From positions 1 through 10,982 of the forward strand of contig JBBQZX010000048.1 of the NCBI GenBank assembly GCA_038207335.1: 10,982 bases of DNA, read 5' to 3'. Source of the DNA: Chthoniobacterales bacterium. Its GTDB lineage: Bacteria > Verrucomicrobiota > Verrucomicrobiia > Chthoniobacterales > Chthoniobacteraceae. The notes beneath the pieces are model-generated. The model was given only the letters and a program-made list of their open reading frames with translations. It was not told the DNA's origin and ran no database searches. This document shows positions 1 through 7,050 of this stretch, one piece after another (position 1 is the stretch's first letter; the number at the start of each line of letters is the position of its first letter). Position numbers and translations under genes: made by a program.

Positions 1-141
1 CTACCTCGACGAATTCGTCTTCCGCTTCAATCGGCGGCGCACGCCGCACGCGGCCTTCCGAACCCTACTGGGCGTCGCCGTCGCCATCATACCAGCGACC
101 TACAACATCCTGATCGCGCCGGAAGCAAAGGGATAAGCGAC
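1..141 (+). mobile_element. Right end of an IS1595-family insertion sequence, probably ISSod11 subgroup; terminal IR overlaps the stop codon
   Basis: The reverse complement of 131-141 is GTCGCTTATCC, fitting the nnnGcnTATC end pattern I recall for the ISSod11 group. The exact end (138-141) cannot be fixed without the left IR. Confidence 0.7.
2..136 (+). CDS. IS1595-family transposase, C-terminal fragment (runs off the left edge)
   Basis: Frame 2 reads YLDEFVFRFNRRRTPHAAFRTLLGVAVAIIPATYNILIAPEAKG*, with TAA at 134-136. YLDEF.FRFNRR is the characteristic C-terminal motif of DDE_Tnp_IS1595. Not in the ORF track because there is no start codon in the window. Confidence 0.92.
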   Translation, partial: YLDEFVFRFNRRRTPHAAFRTLLGVAVAIIPATYNILIAPEAKG

Positions 142-193
142 TCACAACATTCGCGATGCTACTAAGGTGTGCGGATGTCTTCATCGCCAAGCA

Positions 194-2374
194 TTAAATC
201 GCCTCAATCGACCACATAAGGTCGCTAATATCTGAAATGGTCGGCGCTGCTGCTGCTGCGGTGTTCTGGTCTATCGCAACGCAAATCTTGTCACCTCTCG
301 TTAGCGATGCCCACACTTCAACATTAAGAGTCTCAATACCCGAGCCTTGGCAGCGGAATTCAGCATGTCCGACGACCGAAGCTGAAGTGTGTGCATTCCT
401 CAAAAAGTACCATCGGACTCTAGTGCTCGCGGCAAACGTCACATGAACATGGCCCCACAATCGATGAAGGCCGGTTCGCTGTACGGTGTACTCGTAGATC
501 GCCGGGTCATGCGCTGAGCCCTTGTCATATATCTCAGTTGGGAATGCGACCTTGCACTTCGCAGTAGCAGCGCCGGCTATATTGAGGAAAGAGCGATCCT
601 TCGCTCCTGTCACGCCAGCCCCGCCGCCGTTCGTAGCCCCTGCGGTGCAGTTCGTTTCTACGGTGCAGACGAAGTTATTGGCATCGGTGACTGACGTGAC
701 GATGTGTCCCCGGTTGATCTGAGTGGCCGGGATGCCATCGACCGCTGCCGCTCCTTGAAGCACTACGACCTGATTTACCACAAGACCATGCCCGGTCGCG
801 GCAACGGTGAAGGTCGGTGTGCCAATGGCGCCGCTCGTGATCGGATTGTTGCCTATGGTGAGCGCGGTTCCTGCTGCCGAGCCTCGGAACACCCCGACGG
901 TTTTCACAAGGTCGTCAAGGATGATCTTGCCATCCAAGGAAATCAACGCCGCCGCGGAATTGGTGAACCCGGTGTAGAGGTCAGAATCGACAAAGCCGAA
1001 GCCTGCATTGTCGAGGATGTTCTGGTTGATCCTGACGTTGACGATGCCCCCGCTGCTGTTACCTTTAGTGAACACCCCCATGTCTGTCTTCGCACCGCCC
1101 GCTTGGATACGATTGATGACATTTATGGTTCCGCTCCTCACGGTCGGCGAGGTGCCACCGGCAAGGTCGATGACGACGCGCGGCCAGTAGCCACCACTAG
1201 GATTGAGAGAGCTGAAATTGTAGCGATGATTGAAACGGATTGCTGACGCACCAATAACGAAGTCGGTGGTGCGATTCAGGCGAATTCCGTTTTCTATATC
1301 GTCGAACTCGGCGCTGCCGAGTGTGAAACGTGTGGATGCTCCACCAGTGGCATTAAAGGTCAAGCCATCGTCTATTGCCCATCCCTTACACGAACCTGAC
1401 GAGATCGAGTCGATGACATTTGCCGCACCAGTCCCGTAGAACACACCACCTTCGCATTCTACAGCGCGCAGATACCTGATATGACAGCCGTTGAAGCCGA
1501 CATAATTTAGGTTGTTGAATGGGAGCCCCTTGCAGCGAACGGCCTCAACACCGTCGTATTCGCATCCAGTCACGGCATAGGGGTCCGGGTTTGCTCCTGC
1601 ATAGAGCGCTTGCGGGATATGAAACAGGTCGCCACGCAGATTGGTGCCCACCATCCAGCCAAATTTCGTTCCCCACATGCCAAGGTGTGATATTGCGTGC
1701 CTATTAGGGGCTACAGCCCCTGTCGCATCGACAAAATTGATGCCTCCGAGCGAACCGCCATTCCAGTATCTGCCTGCGGGGCCGGGGGCGACACCGTTGG
1801 AGAAGGTGATGATCGGAGCATCCACCGCAGTTGCAGGATCAACCTTGAAGATCACAAAAAAAGAACCGTCTGTTTCAATCTGAGGCCATGGCGTATTCAC
1901 GAAGCCATTATCGAACACGAGCACTCCCGGCGTTATTAGATATGTGCCAGCACTGATGTAACCTCCATTGCCGCTTTCTATGCAGTAATTAAAAAAAGCA
2001 AGGAGCTTCGATGAATCATTGGTGACGCCATCGCCCTTTGTTCCAAACCACTTCACATTCACCGCGCCGGAATAGACCCGCTTCCATCTCCCTGCTCCTG
2101 CAGTTGGAGCAATGACGGTGCCGCCATTATCCGTATCACTTGCCGCTTGGTCGTAGTAGAACTGCCCGCCTCCACCGTCTGCATGGGCGTAGTATCCACC
2201 CACCATGACCTGCATTTTGTCTGGGATATTTGAAACGTCGAGTGCCTTGAGGTCTGCAATGGTGGCAATGTCGAGACGCAGCTTTCCGTCTGCGGTGTGA
2301 GACTGCGAAAGGTAGTCATTGAGGACATCTCCCCAGTTACCTGCATCTGCTCCTACGGTTGGTAATCGTGACAT
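194..2374 (-). CDS. Tailspike/polysaccharide depolymerase-like protein (tailspike N-domain, Pectate_lyase_3-type beta-helix, C-terminal C1q-like domain)
   Basis: 726-aa ORF. It has the tailspike-type segment IATIADLKAL..V.GYYAHADGGGGQFYY..DNGGTVIAP..GRWKR and the beta-helix cap VNVKWFGTKGDGVTND. A long N/G/S-rich beta-strand region follows. The C-terminal KVAFPTEIYD...YTVQRTGLHRLWGHV...LTRGDKICV resembles C1q/TNF folds. Confidence 0.8.
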   Translation of the reverse strand: MSRLPTVGADAGNWGDVLNDYLSQSHTADGKLRLDIATIADLKALDVSNIPDKMQVMVGGYYAHADGGGGQFYYDQAASDTDNGGTVIAPTAGAGRWKRVYSGAVNVKWFGTKGDGVTNDSSKLLAFFNYCIESGNGGYISAGTYLITPGVLVFDNGFVNTPWPQIETDGSFFVIFKVDPATAVDAPIITFSNGVAPGPAGRYWNGGSLGGINFVDATGAVAPNRHAISHLGMWGTKFGWMVGTNLRGDLFHIPQALYAGANPDPYAVTGCEYDGVEAVRCKGLPFNNLNYVGFNGCHIRYLRAVECEGGVFYGTGAANVIDSISSGSCKGWAIDDGLTFNATGGASTRFTLGSAEFDDIENGIRLNRTTDFVIGASAIRFNHRYNFSSLNPSGGYWPRVVIDLAGGTSPTVRSGTINVINRIQAGGAKTDMGVFTKGNSSGGIVNVRINQNILDNAGFGFVDSDLYTGFTNSAAALISLDGKIILDDLVKTVGVFRGSAAGTALTIGNNPITSGAIGTPTFTVAATGHGLVVNQVVVLQGAAAVDGIPATQINRGHIVTSVTDANNFVCTVETNCTAGATNGGGAGVTGAKDRSFLNIAGAATAKCKVAFPTEIYDKGSAHDPAIYEYTVQRTGLHRLWGHVHVTFAASTRVRWYFLRNAHTSASVVGHAEFRCQGSGIETLNVEVWASLTRGDKICVAIDQNTAAAAAPTISDISDLMWSIEAI

Positions 2375-2615
2375 AGAGTAAGAAATAAGTTACCTGCTAA
2401 AAGATATTGGTAAGTATATATCAGTTACTTTTTAAATCCTAGGTAGTTATGCACAGCATGATGAGTTGGTTGGAATATGTATTGCGATCGTTTGCAATTC
2501 CGGTATTCCGATCTGCCTCCTCCCGGGTGGGTGGGGGCACTCCTCCCCCGCCCCGTCTTCTCCGCCCCGCACAAAAGCCCGCATCAATCCCGTCTGAATC
2601 CCGCTTCAGTCGAGG

Positions 2616-2660
2616 AGACAGGAGAAACCCCCGCCAATTGGGCGGGGGTTTCTCCTGTCT
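2616..2660 (-). terminator. Perfect 20-bp hairpin, probable (possibly bidirectional) intrinsic terminator
   Basis: AGACAGGAGAAACCCCCGCC-aattg-GGCGGGGGTTTCTCCTGTCT, overlapping the stop codon of the 67-aa ORF. Confidence 0.8.
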
Positions 2661-2862
2661 ATTTCGCCGGTCGCGGCGGTCGTCGTCGCCCTTGGGCGGA
2701 CGGCGGTGCTCCTCGGTCGCGCGCGGCCGCGCGGCCGTTGTTGTAGCTCTCGAGCACGATGTGCTTGACGTAGGCGATGATCTCTTCGCGGTCGCCCTCG
2801 GCGACACCGCGGGCGGCAAGGAGCGCGTCGAGCTTCTCGCCGAACAGGTGAATGTACCCCAT
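2659..2862 (-). CDS. Small hypothetical protein (67 aa, VKxxVLESYxNG motif)
   Basis: ATG start, GC3-rich codons, lies 30 bp downstream of the DUF3768 gene and is followed directly by the terminator hairpin. Confidence 0.7.
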   Translation of the reverse strand: MGYIHLFGEKLDALLAARGVAEGDREEIIAYVKHIVLESYNNGRAAARDRGAPPSAQGRRRPPRPAK

Positions 2863-2892
2863 AGGTTGCGTGATTAGCTGGTAACGGCGCGC

Positions 2893-3243
2893 CTAATACT
2901 CGTCGGCGAGCATGATCGTGAGGACGCGCTCGATCTCGTCGGGGTCGCTCGGCTCGTCGGCAAACTCGAGCGCGGGATCGTAGTAATCAATTTTCCAGAA
3001 GAGCGTCTGTCCCTCGAACTCGAAGGCGCCGAAATCATGTTCGCCATGGGGATCGTTCGCGGGGGTGAAGGCGTCAAAGGTGCGCACCGCGGCGAGTACC
3101 GTGATGACCTTCTCCGCGCCGAGGGCGCGCACACCGTGGGTAAGGAAGACGTGACCGCCTTCGCCCGTCCGCCGGAACGCGTCATTAAGACCGGCGATGG
3201 CCTCATCGTGCGGGTCGGGGAAGCTTGCAGAAGATGTGTCCAT
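2893..3243 (-). CDS. DUF3768 domain-containing protein
   Basis: Motifs IAGLNDAFRR, VRTFDAFTPANDPHGEHDFG, FWKIDYYD and RVLTIMLADEY are all typical of DUF3768. Confidence 0.93.
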   Translation of the reverse strand: MDTSSASFPDPHDEAIAGLNDAFRRTGEGGHVFLTHGVRALGAEKVITVLAAVRTFDAFTPANDPHGEHDFGAFEFEGQTLFWKIDYYDPALEFADEPSDPDEIERVLTIMLADEY

Positions 3244-3255
3244 GGTAATTGTGTG

Positions 3256-3861
3256 TTAGTCGCTACTAATCTCGACCTTTTGTGCGGGGCGTTCCGCGTC
3301 TCCGGGGCGGCGCGCTCGCTCTTCGCACGTGCTCGACACACCAGCCGAAGTCAAGAGAGCGGAGGCTTCCGGAGCGACCTTGACTCGATGCCTTTCACCA
3401 AGAGCCGCGCAAATAAATTCGCTTCCGTAGATCAAGTAGTGTGCAGCATATTTTATTAATGCTCGTTTATCTAGCACCACAAAGCAGCAACCTTCATCGA
3501 TATCGATTCCGGATGTAAGCGTAGAGATTTCGTTCTGCTCAACGAGCAGGCATGCTCTCTCCTTAAGCTCACATTTTCTGTGAATACGCAGACCTTCTCG
3601 GAAATACTCACCCGCGTCTGACGTTCTACAACCGTGAAATGTTCTTATTTTTGTCTGTGCGATGGCAACAGCGAGATCATTTATAGTTTCGTCGATCGAT
3701 AGATGTAATTGAGTAGCGAGCAATTCCAGCCATTCCGGGTCGTCGTCGCAGAAATCTTTGTAATCCGATTGGCGCAAAACACTAACTGCCCGCCGACGCA
3801 ATCGCGGATTGAGCCATGCTGACAAAAATGGCACCCAGGTTTCTGGTTTCTCCCACCACAT
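3256..3861 (-). pseudogene. Hypothetical protein with an ADP-ribosyltransferase-like H-G motif, probably 3'-truncated
   Basis: ATG at 3861 (MWWEKP..), or TTG at 3915 overlapping the upstream stop. Contains RTFHGCRTSDAGEYFREGL. The sequence is visibly AT-richer from about 3390 to 3910. The last ~43 codons run through the GC-rich structured leader of DUF3768 and do not look like a real protein tail. Confidence 0.5.
3349..3385 (-). promoter_or_regulatory. GTCAAG...CTTGAC stem-loop upstream of the DUF3768 unit (TTGACT -35-like hexamer in the stem)
   Basis: AGTCAAG (3349-3355) pairs with CTTGACT (3379-3385) around an inner CGGA-ggct-TCCG hairpin. No convincing -10 lies at canonical spacing. Confidence 0.4.
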
Positions 3862-3911
3862 CTCAGCACGAAAACTTTGCACTGTAACCAGCTCTACGGC
3901 GGCCGTTGTTC

Positions 3912-5087
3912 TCAAAACGGCTGAACGGCTTTGAAAATACCAGTCTTGGTCATTTCCCGCCTAATTTTAAAACGGGTGAACGACTCCACCACATCTATAT
4001 ATTGAAGTCCGTCGAAGTTGATGTCCTCCCAGCTGCTTCGTGGCACAACCACGGAGAAGAGGTATTCGTCTTTCTCCTCGCCTGTTGTCTTGCTTCTCCT
4101 CTGGGAATACCCGGACAGTGTAACTTCCTGAACCGTCGGCAACATTACGAAGGCTTCACCAAGCAAACGAAAGCCAATGGAATGAATGTGCGTGGCGTAC
4201 ATCTTCTGAATGTTAGTCGGCCCCAGTTCCCTGACTGACAATCGGTATCCCCGCAGAGGGACTGAGGCCGTCTTGATCGGCATGTCTTCCACCTCTGGTA
4301 GATCAACATCAAAGGCTAGGTGTGTTCCACCGTCCCGCACCTCGAAGGAAGCGATTGTTTCTCGGGGCCATACAATGTCCATCAAGACTTCCCCGAAGAA
4401 CGCTTCCATCGCGTCAGGATCACCAGAGACCGCCTTTGCCACGAGCTCATGTTTTTGTCTCTCGGCGTCCTCGAACCGTGCCTTCGCTGCCTCCCATTCC
4501 CGAAGCTCTGCCTCGAAATCGACTTGGGCGTTAGCATTCTCAGTTTTGATCTTCGCCGCGTTGCCCTTGAAGAAGTTGGCGAAAAACCCGAGTGCTTTGG
4601 GCGCCGGCTGAATCGGACGAGGAACATCAAAGCTCTGGGGCTGATAGGTTGGGGAGTCGTTCGGTGATGGTGCGTGAAGGTGCAATTCCCCCAGCGCCTC
4701 CACCTGTGCATTGATCTCGTCACACTTCTCCTGAATCAGTGCTCTGATAGCCGGCCCTTGCTGTTTCTTCGCGGTCTCAATCAGAGCCTCAGATACCGGA
4801 TTCCCGTCGGAGTCCTTGAAGGTAATCACTCCTTCGTCATCGACAGAGGCGCTGAGAAGTAAGGTCACGGTGGTTTTAGGCGGCCTCCTGGGGACACCGC
4901 CTCCGCCGCTCAGGGCTTGGCGGGAATACAAACCTGTTCCGGGTATGCCGGTATTAAGAAAATTTCCCCGTTTGCCGATCCCGACGGATGCACCACGAGG
5001 GCCAAGTGTCCAACTGGCACCACTCCCGCTCAGGTTCATCCTGATGCCGGGGGCCAGCTTGATGGATTTCCTGAAACGTAACGACAT
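3912..5087 (-). CDS. DUF4236 domain-containing protein
   Basis: The N-terminal MSLRFRKSIKLAPGIRMNLSGSG.S.TLG..G......G...NTGIPGTGLY is the DUF4236 signature. A coiled coil and an alpha/beta C-domain follow. ATG at 5087 is preferred over TTG at 5096. Confidence 0.9.
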   Translation of the reverse strand: MSLRFRKSIKLAPGIRMNLSGSGASWTLGPRGASVGIGKRGNFLNTGIPGTGLYSRQALSGGGGVPRRPPKTTVTLLLSASVDDEGVITFKDSDGNPVSEALIETAKKQQGPAIRALIQEKCDEINAQVEALGELHLHAPSPNDSPTYQPQSFDVPRPIQPAPKALGFFANFFKGNAAKIKTENANAQVDFEAELREWEAAKARFEDAERQKHELVAKAVSGDPDAMEAFFGEVLMDIVWPRETIASFEVRDGGTHLAFDVDLPEVEDMPIKTASVPLRGYRLSVRELGPTNIQKMYATHIHSIGFRLLGEAFVMLPTVQEVTLSGYSQRRSKTTGEEKDEYLFSVVVPRSSWEDINFDGLQYIDVVESFTRFKIRREMTKTGIFKAVQPF

Positions 5088-5095
5088 GCTACTCA

Positions 5096-5123
5096 ATAAT
5101 ACTTACAAAACTAATCTATGCAA
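5096..5123 (-). promoter_or_regulatory. Putative sigma70 promoter of the DUF4236 gene
   Basis: Minus strand TTGCAT-16 nt-TATTAT, ending 8 nt before the ATG, in an AT-rich intergenic region. Confidence 0.45.
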
Positions 5124-5145
5124 TCATAAGCTTTATTTCCGTTAA

Positions 5146-5754
5146 TTACCTCAACGAAAAGCTACCGAGGTAGGTGGGGTTGTCGCCGGAGGTGCAGGTG
5201 ACGAGGCCAACAAAATCCCAGCTGCCTTCCTTGTTCGTCAACGTTCCCGAGCAATTGCCGGAAGCGAACAGAATGGCGGTGCCGCTGATGCTCCCCTGTA
5301 AACTTCCTCTCCCCATAAACTTCCCCGTCTCATAGGCGTACGCCTTGATAGGCTCGCCGATCTGAAGAGCGAAAAACGTCAGCATTTCCCGCTGTTTCTG
5401 CGTGGCATTCTCCGGTGCCACCAAGTTAACCGAGAAGACGCCCACGGCCTTGAAGGCGGCACGAAAGGCGAGGGCGCGCATGGTTGGGTCGGCGCTCGCA
5501 TATGCCGTCGTGATGGCGAGCTCGGCATAGGCTGGGTTGCCGCTGTTCACCATGACGTTGAACGCGGCCACCCTCGTGCTCGTATCGGAGCTCTCGAGGG
5601 CCGCCTTGGGCGCGACCGAGGTGCCCTGCCCCGCTTGCGCGACCATGCCCGTGGCCGATCCGGCGGCATAGGTTTCGTGTGGTTGCGCGAACAGGACAAT
5701 TGCGCCCGCGGTCGCCGCCGCAATGACGGTACCGGCCAATCTCATCCGCATCAT
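5146..5754 (-). CDS. Secreted hypothetical protein (~202 aa)
   Basis: A G-rich SD precedes ATG 5754. The N-terminus MMRMRLAGTVIAAATAGAIVLFAQP..TYA resembles a signal peptide. A helical HEAT-like middle is followed by a beta-rich C-terminus with two Cys. The ORF-track extension to 5883 overlaps the relaxase gene and is unlikely. Confidence 0.7.
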   Translation of the reverse strand: MMRMRLAGTVIAAATAGAIVLFAQPHETYAAGSATGMVAQAGQGTSVAPKAALESSDTSTRVAAFNVMVNSGNPAYAELAITTAYASADPTMRALAFRAAFKAVGVFSVNLVAPENATQKQREMLTFFALQIGEPIKAYAYETGKFMGRGSLQGSISGTAILFASGNCSGTLTNKEGSWDFVGLVTCTSGDNPTYLGSFSLR

Positions 5755-5840
5755 TGTCCCCCCATCTGTAGCGGCAGCCCCGACGTGCCGCCCCGGATTT
5801 GATCGTGTTGTGCGGCCGAAACCCAACTCGGCCGATTCGG

Positions 5841-6827
5841 TTATAAATCCAAGATCCGCTCTTCTCCCCGCGCATTCTTCCACGGTGCGCGGAGGATGTC
5901 CTCGTGCGCCTCGATCGTTGCCAGATCGGTGGCCAGATAGAAGTTGGGCTGACGGTCACCGCTTGCCTGCTTCGCGGCTTCGACCATGCCGGCCACTCTC
6001 CCCTGCCCCTTCGCGGTCACGGTGAGCACGCGAAAGCCGCGGAAGCCGAAGCGCTGTGTCTGGATGGATTGGGCGTGGGTCGCCTGGTAGGCGAAGTACT
6101 TGTGGAAGAGCGTCGGCTTCCTGGTGTTCAGCAAGTTCTCCGGTGCAATCGTCTCGGAACCGCGATCGGCCTCGAGCATGAACCACAGCCGGTTCTTGCC
6201 CTCCGGCTCGTCGAGAAATTGCAGGCCGAACACCTTGTCCGGCACCACCGGCAAGCGGAGCTGGGTGCCCTCCCATGGCGCTTTAATCTGCCAGGTGAAC
6301 GGCGTCCTCGCCCGACGCACCTCTTCGGCCGCGCCGGCCAGGATCTCGCGCGGCGAGATGAGGCGGACGTTGCCGCGCCGTTTGCACATGCGCTCGAAGG
6401 CGAGCATGACGTCGGCGACGAGGAGCGTGTGTTCGACGTGACGACTGCCGACCTCGCGGTTCTTGTCGCGCCAGCGGGTGCGGCCGACGGCAATGCCGGC
6501 CTCTTCGGTGAGGAAGCGGGCACCCTTGTCGCCGAGCGCGTAGACCGTCGGCCGGGCGCCGGATGCCGAGCGGTACGCCCACTGCTCTTCGGGCCGGTCG
6601 AGGAATCCAATGTCGTAGAGCGCGCGCAGCCGGCGGAGGGTCTGCTGCTCGCTCCAACCATGGAGGAGCAACAGCGAGGTGATGTGCGAGGAGCGGAGGA
6701 AGCGGTATTCGGCAACGAGCCGCACGATCGCGGCGTCGCGTTCGGTAACCTCGACACGCTCGACCTCGCCGCGTGGCCGGCGCCTGAAGCGGGGAGCGCG
6801 GTGGGGTGTCTCGTTTGGTGCCTCCAT
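5841..6827 (-). CDS. Replication-relaxation (Replic_Relax, MOBC-like) relaxase, 328 aa
   Basis: N-terminal wHTH: TERDAAIVRLVAEYRFLRSSHI..RRLRALYDIGFLDRP..VYALGDKGA. It also has HTLLVAD and a PD-(D/E)xK-like nuclease motif VVPDKVF...FMLEADRGSE. Start placed at ATG 6827 (MEAPNE), where coding-like composition begins. Confidence 0.92.
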   Translation of the reverse strand: MEAPNETPHRAPRFRRRPRGEVERVEVTERDAAIVRLVAEYRFLRSSHITSLLLLHGWSEQQTLRRLRALYDIGFLDRPEEQWAYRSASGARPTVYALGDKGARFLTEEAGIAVGRTRWRDKNREVGSRHVEHTLLVADVMLAFERMCKRRGNVRLISPREILAGAAEEVRRARTPFTWQIKAPWEGTQLRLPVVPDKVFGLQFLDEPEGKNRLWFMLEADRGSETIAPENLLNTRKPTLFHKYFAYQATHAQSIQTQRFGFRGFRVLTVTAKGQGRVAGMVEAAKQASGDRQPNFYLATDLATIEAHEDILRAPWKNARGEERILDL

Positions 6828-6833
6828 GGGGTC

Positions 6834-6855
6834 AGTATAACAAACGCAAAGTATA
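6834..6855 (-). promoter_or_regulatory. Extended -10 promoter giving a leaderless relaxase mRNA
   Basis: Minus strand TGTTATACT-gacccc-ATG, with 6 nt between the -10 and the ATG and no SD. A second TATACT lies at 6850-6855. Confidence 0.6.
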
Positions 6856-7050
6856 GCGTGCAGGGCATGGAGGTCACGGCACGGCAATCTCCGGACTATG
6901 TGCGAACATGTTCCGTAATGGTGCGGTATGTGTGGGTATAGGCTAAAAGAAAAGATGGGGATACTAGAAACCCCTTCGCACCCAATGCGTATCTCCACAA
7001 TTACCCGGTGCCCATAAAAGGAGCCGATCGAGCTCATTCCGCTCGTGCCG

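Noticed and set aside
194..2374. Calling the window a prophage because of the tailspike
   Set aside because: No terminase, capsid, portal, tail or lysis genes; the neighbours are IS and mobilization genes.
2524..2555. G/C hairpin loosely similar to 9741-9774 (shared CTCCTCCCC) as element-end repeats
   Set aside because: The similarity is short, gapped and low complexity; not enough to call att sites.
6904..6913. GAAC-AT-GTTC as a LexA/SOS box
   Set aside because: The N2 spacing fits neither the Gram-positive GAAC-N4-GTTC nor the alphaproteobacterial GTTC-N7-GTTC box.
5904..6941. 345-aa + strand ORF, and the 249-aa alternate-frame ORF at 6128-6877
   Set aside because: Shadow or alternate frames of the relaxase gene.
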